Made by a program: the position numbers and the translations under genes. DNA of 64,000 nt, from contig CAXVYR010000004.1 in assembly GCA_963666975.2 (NCBI GenBank), positions 1,376,001 through 1,440,000 of the forward strand, written 5' to 3'. Numbering within the stretch: the stretch's first letter is position 1; each line of letters starts with the position of its first letter. The notes beneath the pieces are model-generated. The model worked only from the letters and a program-made list of their open reading frames with translations, did no database searches and was not told the DNA's origin. The stretch is from Terriglobia bacterium. GTDB taxonomy: Bacteria > Acidobacteriota > Terriglobia > 2-12-FULL-54-10. Below, one piece after another: positions 43,786 through 51,917 of this stretch.

Positions 43786-44030
43786 AAACCATCAAAGTTT
43801 CCAAACAATCCAAAACGTTGAACGCTCTACTGAAGCGCGCCCGCAACGGAAATGTTATCCTTCGGTCTGCCGAAGGCGAGGAATTCATCCTTGCGGAAAT
43901 TGATGATTTCAATCGCGAGATCGAATTAACACGGCAGAACAAGCAGCTCATGAAGCTGCTGGAGTCTCGTGCCAGGCAGAAAGAGACCCTTTCGTTGGAA
44001 GAAACTAAACGGCTATTGGACCTTGGCTAG
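43782..44030 (+). CDS. Cognate antitoxin (Phd/YefM-like)
   Basis: ATGA overlap with toxin; LLKRARNGNVILRSAEGEEFIL, ETLSLEETKRLL. Confidence 0.8.
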   Translation: MKTIKVSKQSKTLNALLKRARNGNVILRSAEGEEFILAEIDDFNREIELTRQNKQLMKLLESRARQKETLSLEETKRLLDLG

Positions 44031-44223
44031 AAGGGTTCCTAACACGGCGTTGCAGGCGAGGCGTTTCGGGTTGCTGATGCATTTCTTCGCGCTCTCTCGC
44101 CCGGGATGAATGCTCGTTCCGCGTGGCCCAACGTCTGAATCGTCGGGCGGAATCCTCGCGGTGATCCCATAGGCGGCACGAAATCCCGTCTCGAAACAAA
44201 GTCAAACAGAAAGGAGGACAAGA

Positions 44224-45999
44224 ATGATCAGAACTTTATTTTTTGTGATGTCCCTTGTTTGCGGAGTCATCGTTTTCGGAGTGATCCCGCCGGCGGCCGT
44301 AGCGCAGGTGGAAAACTTTGTGCCCGTGACGCGAGAAATGCTGCTCGACCCCAGCCCCGACGACTGGCTAATGTTCAGCCGAACCTACGACGCGCAACGC
44401 TTCAGCCCGCTCGATCAGATCAACCGGGAGAACGTAGGCCAACTGCGCATGGTGTGGGCGCGAGGAATGGCGCCCGGCACTCAGGAAACCATTCCTGTCG
44501 TCTACCGGGGCGTCATCTATACCGTCATCCCCGGATCGGTCGTCCAGGCGCTGGATGCCGTCAACGGCGACTTGATTTGGGAGTACCAGCGGAAGATGCC
44601 CGACGATGTGAGAGATGTTATTGGCATCGGCGCAAGAACCAAAGCTCTAGCCATTTATGAAGACCTCATCCTGTACACCGCTCACGACGGCTATCTGGTT
44701 GGGCTGGACGCCCGCACCGGCGAGGTTCGGTGGGAAACCATGGCCCACGACTACAAGACAAACACCATGCACACCTCCGCCCCCATCGTCTTCGATGGAA
44801 AGGTCCTCGCGGGCCGGTCCTGCCGCGAGTCGCGAACCGGCTGCTTCGTTTCGGCGCACGACGCCCGGACGGGAAAGGAATTGTGGAAGTTTTACACCAC
44901 GGCCGCGCCGGGCGAGCCGGGAGGCGACTCCTGGGGGAAGGTGCCCTTGGAAAAAAGGCTCGCCTCGCCTTGGGGATTGCCGGGTTCCTACGACCCGGTG
45001 CGCAGGCTGGTTTACTGGGGAATCGCCAATCCCACTCCCTACACGCGGCTGAAACGCCATGGCAGCGCCGACGGCACGTCGCGGTCCGCGCCCGCCGATG
45101 CTTACAGCAACTCTACAGTGGCACTCGATATCGACACCGGCAAACTGGCATGGTATTACCAGCATTTGCCGGGCGACGACTGGGACGAGGATCACACCCA
45201 CGAAAGAATTCTCCTCCGAACGGCTCTCAATCCGGACCCCAGCGCGGTCAAGTGGATCAATCCCAGAATCACTCGCGGCGAGCAGCGGGACGTCTCGGTC
45301 TCGGTAGCAGAGGCGGGAGGCCTCTGGGTGCTCGACCGCGCCACGGGTGAATTTCTTTGGGCCATGCCTTTCCCTTACGACGGGCCGGAATTCAATATTT
45401 CCCACATTGACGTCGAAACCGGCAAGACGTACATCAATTGGGACCTGGTCTTCCAGAAGGACGGAGACAGACGCCTCATTTGCTCTTTCAATACCAAAGG
45501 TTACTGGCCCATGACGTACCATCCGGGCAACAACTCCCTGTACGTTCCCTTCCACGACGCCTGTCTGGATATGACCGCGAATATGAGCCGCGAGTCGGGG
45601 TTCGGGCCTCGGTTCGGCCTTCCCCGTCCCGGTTCCGATCCCAATGCGTTCGCCGGGATCGCCAAGATAAACATGGAGACCGGACAACTCCAGCGGATTT
45701 ACTCGGCCCGGATTCCCGGCAACGGAGCCATGCTGGCCACGGCCGGAGACCTGATTTTTTGGGGAGATTTGAATCGAAGGTTCCGGGCGTTTGATGCCGA
45801 TACCGGAAACATCCTTTGGGAAACGATTCTCGGAGGGCCCATTCAGATGAGCACGGTCACTTACGCGGTCAACGGAAAACAGTATGTTGCAGTCATGACG
45901 GGGGAGGGCCAGTCGGCCACGGCGGCGCTTCTCGGCCAGATTCCCGAAATCAATTTTCCGAGAGGCCACAACGCGATTTACGTTTTTGCTTTGCCGTAA
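44224..45999 (+). CDS. PQQ-dependent dehydrogenase-family beta-propeller protein
   Basis: Signal peptide, DWLMFSRTYDAQRFSPLDQIN, repeated ALDA.TG...W motifs, TYAVNGKQYVAV. Confidence 0.92.
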   Translation: MIRTLFFVMSLVCGVIVFGVIPPAAVAQVENFVPVTREMLLDPSPDDWLMFSRTYDAQRFSPLDQINRENVGQLRMVWARGMAPGTQETIPVVYRGVIYTVIPGSVVQALDAVNGDLIWEYQRKMPDDVRDVIGIGARTKALAIYEDLILYTAHDGYLVGLDARTGEVRWETMAHDYKTNTMHTSAPIVFDGKVLAGRSCRESRTGCFVSAHDARTGKELWKFYTTAAPGEPGGDSWGKVPLEKRLASPWGLPGSYDPVRRLVYWGIANPTPYTRLKRHGSADGTSRSAPADAYSNSTVALDIDTGKLAWYYQHLPGDDWDEDHTHERILLRTALNPDPSAVKWINPRITRGEQRDVSVSVAEAGGLWVLDRATGEFLWAMPFPYDGPEFNISHIDVETGKTYINWDLVFQKDGDRRLICSFNTKGYWPMTYHPGNNSLYVPFHDACLDMTANMSRESGFGPRFGLPRPGSDPNAFAGIAKINMETGQLQRIYSARIPGNGAMLATAGDLIFWGDLNRRFRAFDADTGNILWETILGGPIQMSTVTYAVNGKQYVAVMTGEGQSATAALLGQIPEINFPRGHNAIYVFALP

Positions 46000-46151
46000 C
46001 TTTGCTTTGCAGTAACAGCGATCAATACGACCGCCCGATGCTGCGGTTCCTGGGGGCGTCGCGTGGCTCGCAGGCTCGATGAATCCGTTGCTGCCTGATC
46101 GGCCTTGAAGCGGCGGGGCGGACATCGCGGAGACGGTAGGCGGCGTTGGCC

Positions 46152-47090
46152 TTATTGTGCGGCTTCTTCGTTAGCTAGCGGGCTGGCCAGCGGGTTGGAG
46201 GTGTCGAGCACCGCGTGGGGCGGCATCACCATGCGCGATTCATCAAACGGCTCGCGGAATGACCAGTCCTTCACATTCCGTGTCCCATAAAGTGACCGGT
46301 CCTGTTTCCAATACAGAGTGGCCTTCGTCGGAACCCTCAGCCCGTCTACTGTAGCGTATTCTTCGTACAGAATGATTCTCGCCGGGTCCGGCTCTCGGCG
46401 GGCGAAAGTAACGATAAATTCAGCCGCCTTCAGGAGGTAGCTTGCGGGATCGATATACAGAATGTAATAGTCGTCCGGCGAGTCGCCCACACCGTGTTCA
46501 AAGGTCATCTTCACAGTGATGTAATCCGTCGGGTCGTCCCAGAGTTTTCCGGTTCCCGGTTCGCCCAGTATCACGCCGGGGTCCGCCGCAACCCAAGGCA
46601 GATTCATAAAGTAGTAGTTCACTCGCGCAGAAAACCGGGCGGAGCGATCCACCTTTGCGTTCTCGGTCCATGCCTTCTCTCCATCCCAGGACATCCGGGA
46701 ACCTTCTTGCAGATAATCGTGGTAGGCGCGGCGTGATCCCTGCTCCACTGTCTCCCGGACAATTCGCCCCGGCCTTTTTGCCGGCATGACGGCGATTTCA
46801 AAACTCACCGTCGGCGCGGACTCCCATTTCTCCAGGCCGCCGTGCGCAGCGATCATTCGTTCGACGACTTCTCGTCCAGGTTCTCTTTCAGGGTTTCTTT
46901 CAGAGCCCGGCGGCGCAGCCTCAGGGCCGGAGGAGGAGCATCCCAATAAGATCAACGGCGCAAGCAAGAGAAACAACACTGGACAGCGCTTGGAGAATGA
47001 GTTGTTCCCGGCACCTGGGGCATTTTCTGATTCTGCCGAATGCCGGGTCCTATGTATGCCACAACGAGTTGCAGGCCATTCCCTGTGCAT
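46152..47090 (-). CDS. Hypothetical lipoprotein (true start probably near 46980)
   Basis: Lipobox LLGC, MIAAHGGLEKW, GDSPDDYYILYIDP. Confidence 0.7.
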   Translation of the reverse strand: MHREWPATRCGIHRTRHSAESENAPGAGNNSFSKRCPVLFLLLAPLILLGCSSSGPEAAPPGSERNPEREPGREVVERMIAAHGGLEKWESAPTVSFEIAVMPAKRPGRIVRETVEQGSRRAYHDYLQEGSRMSWDGEKAWTENAKVDRSARFSARVNYYFMNLPWVAADPGVILGEPGTGKLWDDPTDYITVKMTFEHGVGDSPDDYYILYIDPASYLLKAAEFIVTFARREPDPARIILYEEYATVDGLRVPTKATLYWKQDRSLYGTRNVKDWSFREPFDESRMVMPPHAVLDTSNPLASPLANEEAAQ

Positions 47091-47413
47091 TGTTTTCCCC
47101 TGCCTGATTAAGAACTGGTGGTGAGAGATTACACGAGATAAAACGGCAAATCAATCGCCGCCGCGGTCTGAGGTTGCGCCATCCCGCGTTCCTATTCCTT
47201 CTTGACGATGAAGTAGATGTTCTGGATGTCGTGAGGATGTCGGTTGACCTCGACGCTCGCAAACCCGGCCTCCCCATCCTATCCACACGCAGGGGGCGCC
47301 CGCAGCTGGCTATACGCCGCAACCGGAAAATACCAGCATTTTGCGGCAGATTCAATTTGTGGTAAATCTTGCTTGTTTCCGGGTAATCGAAAGGGAAGGG
47401 GGGACTGCATAAA

Positions 47414-48397
47414 ATGAAAATCTCTTATTTAGCAATAGGTCTTTTCGGAATCCTCCTAGTAATTGCGGCAGGAGCAGGCTGCGGGTCGGAGACGCCAAGG
47501 GGCGGGGGCACTCTCAGCGGCATGATCCAATCTTCCGACGGGGAGCTTTTGGCTGGAATTCCCGTCCGGGCCCGCCTTCCGGGCACGAACGTTGCCGTCA
47601 CGGTATACAGCAATCAGGAGGGCGGGTACGCTTATCGAGATTTGCCGCCCGGGTCCTACACGGTGAGTGTTGCAGCGGCGGGGTTTGAGCCGGTTCAGAT
47701 GGAAGCTGTGGATATTGTCCCGCAAGGGATTGTGCAACTGGAAATTGCTTTGCAGTCCCGGACACCGGTGCTCGATGAGTTGACGACCTCGGAGGTTTTA
47801 TTGGCTCTTCCGGGCGGGGAGGAGCAAAAAGCGGAAGCCGCCCGGTGCTCCAACTGCCATCCCCTGCAGTTCGCCATGCAGCAGAGACGGGACAGGGCGG
47901 GCTGGCTGGCCACAATAGAGAAGATGCGCGGGATCATCCCGTCCGGAGCCATGCAGACTGAGGAAGCAGTTCAGGCGATTCTTCGGCGGACCCGCGATGC
48001 TAACCACAAACTGGCTGACTTTTTCGCCTCGGTTCGGGGGCCCGATTCTCCCGATCTTCCCTTCAAGGTGTCCGGCGCTTTGGAGCGCGCTCGGGAAATG
48101 GATGGCCAATGTTTCCCGGTTCTCGATGGTGAAGCGCTGGCCGGCATGGTGACAACGGAGATTCTGGAAAAGGCTTGGGGCGACGGCGACCCGGAGCGGC
48201 GCTTGGATTCGTTGCCTCTTTGGAACGATCCCGCTGTCCACGTCCACCCCGATAGCCCGTTGGAAGACGCCCTGGATCTGCTCAGCCAGACCCCGGGAGC
48301 GCTGCCGGTCACCAACCGCAGCGACACGAGGCGGTTAATGGGCGTGATTACGCTGGACAGCATCCTGAAGGGCTTGCACGCCTCCCGGCGCTTCTAA
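47414..48397 (+). CDS. Apparent chimera: lipoprotein with carboxypeptidase-regulatory-like domain and c-type heme motif, fused to a CBS pair
   Basis: AGAGC lipobox, G.Y...DLPPGSYTV, CSNCH; after about 48067 FPVLD...GMVT and HVHPDSPLEDAL..LPVT...GVITL. Confidence 0.7.
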   Translation: MKISYLAIGLFGILLVIAAGAGCGSETPRGGGTLSGMIQSSDGELLAGIPVRARLPGTNVAVTVYSNQEGGYAYRDLPPGSYTVSVAAAGFEPVQMEAVDIVPQGIVQLEIALQSRTPVLDELTTSEVLLALPGGEEQKAEAARCSNCHPLQFAMQQRRDRAGWLATIEKMRGIIPSGAMQTEEAVQAILRRTRDANHKLADFFASVRGPDSPDLPFKVSGALERAREMDGQCFPVLDGEALAGMVTTEILEKAWGDGDPERRLDSLPLWNDPAVHVHPDSPLEDALDLLSQTPGALPVTNRSDTRRLMGVITLDSILKGLHASRRF

Positions 48398-48473
48398 CCT
48401 GCGCCGCCGAAAGCGACCACAGTTATGAGGTGATGAAAAACCGCAAGTACGCACAATTCGGCCAGTGCCCAGA

Positions 48474-48501
48474 TTGACATCCGCCCGGCAGTCGATACAA
48501 T
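48474..48501 (+). promoter_or_regulatory. Sigma70-type promoter for the cupin-cupin-AAA operon
   Basis: TTGACA-16nt-TACAAT, 31 nt upstream of the ATG with RBS AGGAG. Confidence 0.7.
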
Positions 48502-48532
48502 ATGTGCCCCGGCGGAGAATAGGAGAACACTT

Positions 48533-49060
48533 ATGGCAGAGAGAGAACGGGAAAGAGTAAGAGAGCGCGGCCCCCGGGAGGAATCGCCGTACGAGAAGCT
48601 ATACTCGTCCCGGGAAGAATTTCATGAACGGCAGCGAACCGGCAAGGTCGTGGTCCGGCAGAGCGACAGGGAATACGAGCTGAACCGCCAGGGACGCATC
48701 CTGTGGTTCTTGAATCCCATGTCCTACAACGACACTTGCCTCAACGACTGGCTTTTGTTCATTCATGACATCCGGACACACTCCGGGCGGCACCGGCATC
48801 AGGGAGGGCTTGCCTTGTTCGTCATCGAGGGCAAAGGCTACACGGTCGTCGACGGAGTGCGCTACGACTGGGAAGAGGGCGACCTCATTTTGCTGCCGTT
48901 CAAGGAAAACGGAGTCGAGCATCAGCACTTTAACCGCGAGCCGGGCAAGAGTTGCAAGTGGCTGGCATTTATTAACGTTCCGATCTGGGAGTGGGGCGCC
49001 GCTGAAATGACGCAGACCGAGTTGTCCCCCGAGTGGATCGCCCAGCAGGGAACCCAGTAG
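48533..49060 (+). CDS. Cupin-domain protein with intact His ligands
   Basis: SGRHRHQGG...VIEGKGYT...DWEEGD...EHQHFN. Confidence 0.9.
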   Translation: MAERERERVRERGPREESPYEKLYSSREEFHERQRTGKVVVRQSDREYELNRQGRILWFLNPMSYNDTCLNDWLLFIHDIRTHSGRHRHQGGLALFVIEGKGYTVVDGVRYDWEEGDLILLPFKENGVEHQHFNREPGKSCKWLAFINVPIWEWGAAEMTQTELSPEWIAQQGTQ

Positions 49061-49105
49061 GGAACCCCGTGGGGAATAGTTAAGCCGCGAAAGGAGAAAA
49101 ACACC

Positions 49106-49597
49106 ATGGCTCAAAAATCGGAATCCAGCCAAAAGAATCTGTTTGAGGATCTGATCCAGTTACGGGACCAGTATCGCCAGCGAGCCCAGGACGCGGTAGT
49201 CGTCATCAAGGCCAAGGATGTGCAGTTTGAGAAAAACCGCCTCGGCCACATCGGCTGGTACCTGCACCCTTCCCTCACCAACACGGCCATTCGCACCATG
49301 ATGACTTACGTGCAGGAGATTCCCCCCGGCGGGCGCAGCGGACGGCTGCACTTCCAGGGCGGGCAGGTCATCTACGTATGGGAAGGAAAAGGCCATACGA
49401 TGCTCGACGGCGTGCGGCATGAGTGGCAGCAGGGCGACTCGATGAACCTGCCGCTCCGCCGCGACGGGATCACGGTGCAACATTTCAACGACGACCCCAG
49501 CGGGCGCGTCCGGCTGATTGCCTCCGAGCCGAACGTTGTCGATCTGTTCGGCATGGACCGGGGAACCCGGTATGAGGTGCTGGAGGAAGCCCCGTGA
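49106..49597 (+). CDS. Paralogous cupin-domain protein with degenerate metal site
   Basis: QEIPPGGRSGRLHFQGG..VWEGKGHT...WQQGD...VQHFN. Confidence 0.9.
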   Translation: MAQKSESSQKNLFEDLIQLRDQYRQRAQDAVVVIKAKDVQFEKNRLGHIGWYLHPSLTNTAIRTMMTYVQEIPPGGRSGRLHFQGGQVIYVWEGKGHTMLDGVRHEWQQGDSMNLPLRRDGITVQHFNDDPSGRVRLIASEPNVVDLFGMDRGTRYEVLEEAP

Positions 49598-49643
49598 GAT
49601 TTTGAGCCGCCGGGGACTTCATAGCGGAGAGGAAATTGAGCGG

Positions 49644-51785
49644 ATGAGCACATTGCAGGTGGACCGCGCAACGGTTGACTCCGGGGTCAATTCCAGGGCC
49701 CTGGCGCAGGTGTCGGCCGAAACGGCCCGCGCCTTGGGAGCGGCGGCCGGCCAGGCGGTGCGGCTGCTGAGCGAGCGCGCCTGCAGCACGGTGGCGCGGC
49801 TGGAAGTAAAGGAGGGCCTTCAGGGAAACGGAATTCATCTTGACCGCCATATCCGCCGCGCATTGAAAGCGCACTTGAATGATCCCGTGCAGGTCGAACC
49901 GGTGGAACTGAATACGCTGTCGATGCTGGAGCTGACTCCGGCCGTGGACGTCTCGACCGCGCACGATCTGATCCCCCATATCCGCGCGACGCTGCAGGAA
50001 TCACAGGTTCCGCTGGCCAAAGGCTCCGTAGTCTATCTGACATTTCCGCACTCCGGCGGGGGCACCACCTACGTGGTGCACAAACTGGATGAAGCGCCGG
50101 GCATGGTCGGCCCCGATACAAAAATCCATCTGCACTTCGCCGACTCCCACACGCCGGAGGGCGCCTTCGAGGTGACCTTTGAAGACATCGGCGGCCTGGA
50201 CCGCGAGATTCGGCTGGTGCGGGAGCTGGTGCAACTGCCGCTGCAATTTCCCCATTCCTACCGCCAGTTGGGAATTCAGGCTCCTCGGGGAATTCTCTTC
50301 CACGGCCCGGCCGGAAGCGGCAAGACTCACCTGGCGCGCGCATTGGCGAACGAGATCAATGCCCGCTTCTACTACATCAACGGTCCGGATATCCTGGGCG
50401 CTTACGCCGGGGAGACCGAGGCCAACCTGAAACGGATGTTTGCCGAGGCCGCCCACCATGCCCCCTCCATCATCTTCATCGACGAGGTGGACGCCATCAC
50501 GCCCCGGCGCGGCCAGACCGGCGCGCACTCCGACACGCGGATGGTGGGCCTGATGCTCACCCTGATGGACGGACTGACGAAGGTGGACAGTGTGGTGGTC
50601 ATCGGCACGACCAATCGCGTGGACTCGGTGGACCCGGCGTTGCGCAGGCCGGGGCGCTTTGACCGCGAGCTGTTCTTCGTCCCGCCCAGCGAACAGGGAC
50701 GCCGCCAGATTCTGGAGATCCATACACGAGAGATGCCGCTCGAAGAGAGCGCCGAGCAATCGCTCGACTCGCTGAGCCAGCGGACGGCGGGCTTCGTCGG
50801 CGCTGATCTGATGGAGCTGTGCCGCGAAGCCGGGCTGAACGCCCTGCGGCGCAACGCCGTCGGCATCCGGGACGTTTTGGGCGCGGTGTATCTGCCGGAC
50901 GACAGAATCACGGTGAACGGCAGCGACTTTGAAAAAGCCCTGGAGTGGATCAAGCCTTCCGCCATGCGGGAGACTCTGCTGAGCGCGCCCTCGGGCAACT
51001 GGAACCAGATAGCGGGCCTCGAACCGGTCAAGGCGCGTCTCAAACGGCTGGTGGGGGAAGCTCTCTCGGAGAACAAGACCGGCCTGGGCATTCTGCTATG
51101 GGGACCATCAGGAACCGGAAAAACCATGCTGGCCAGAGCGCTGGCCCGGGAGTTCTCCGCCAATTTCATCCCGATTGAAGGTCCGGAACTATTCACCCAA
51201 TGGGTGGGAGAGTCGGAAGAAGCGGTACGGCACGTCTTCCGCATCGCGCGCCAGGTTGCTCCGGCCATCGTTTTCTTTGACCATCTCGACGCCATCGCTC
51301 CGGTCCGCGGCAACCAGCCGCAAGGCACCTACACCACCGAGCGAGTGGTGAATCAGCTTCTGGCGGAGATGGACGGGATCGAACCGCGCCGCCGGGTGGT
51401 TGTGCTGGGGGCCACGGACCGCCGCGACCTGATCGATCCTTCGCTGTTGCGGCCCGGAAGGCTGGGCACGCACATCCACGTGCCGTTGCCCGACGCAGCC
51501 GCCAGGAAAGCCTTGGTTCAAATGTGCATGGGAACTGAATCGCCCGATGCGGGTCGCCATGCAAACGAAATCGCCACGAAGGCGGCCCGCAAGACGGATG
51601 GATTCTCCGGCGCTGATATTGTCCAGCTCTGCCATGAGGCTAAGATTTTGGCCGAGGAAGAAGCCGATGCCTCCGGCAGGCGGCAAGTCATCTGGAAGCA
51701 CTTCCAGGCTGCGCTCGCCGCACGAACCGCGCAGATCATCCTTGGCGCCGGAAGTAGGCGCCAAAAGAGACCGGCTGCTAAGTAG
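49644..51785 (+). CDS. Cdc48/p97/VAT-like double AAA+ ATPase
   Basis: N-domain; VTFEDIGGL, GPAGSGKT, FIDEVD, RRPGRFDRE; second ring GPSGTGKT, FFDHLD, LRPGRL. Confidence 0.92.
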   Translation: MSTLQVDRATVDSGVNSRALAQVSAETARALGAAAGQAVRLLSERACSTVARLEVKEGLQGNGIHLDRHIRRALKAHLNDPVQVEPVELNTLSMLELTPAVDVSTAHDLIPHIRATLQESQVPLAKGSVVYLTFPHSGGGTTYVVHKLDEAPGMVGPDTKIHLHFADSHTPEGAFEVTFEDIGGLDREIRLVRELVQLPLQFPHSYRQLGIQAPRGILFHGPAGSGKTHLARALANEINARFYYINGPDILGAYAGETEANLKRMFAEAAHHAPSIIFIDEVDAITPRRGQTGAHSDTRMVGLMLTLMDGLTKVDSVVVIGTTNRVDSVDPALRRPGRFDRELFFVPPSEQGRRQILEIHTREMPLEESAEQSLDSLSQRTAGFVGADLMELCREAGLNALRRNAVGIRDVLGAVYLPDDRITVNGSDFEKALEWIKPSAMRETLLSAPSGNWNQIAGLEPVKARLKRLVGEALSENKTGLGILLWGPSGTGKTMLARALAREFSANFIPIEGPELFTQWVGESEEAVRHVFRIARQVAPAIVFFDHLDAIAPVRGNQPQGTYTTERVVNQLLAEMDGIEPRRRVVVLGATDRRDLIDPSLLRPGRLGTHIHVPLPDAAARKALVQMCMGTESPDAGRHANEIATKAARKTDGFSGADIVQLCHEAKILAEEEADASGRRQVIWKHFQAALAARTAQIILGAGSRRQKRPAAK

Positions 51786-51917
51786 CTTCTGTTATTGCAG
51801 TCCAATATCCAGCCCGCCCCCCCCGCGAAATGAAAGAGGCTGGGTCTTCACCTTGCCTCCGCGATGCTTTTGAGCGCATACTTTTCCCAGCTATTTGATC
51901 CAACAGGTGGGCTGAAA

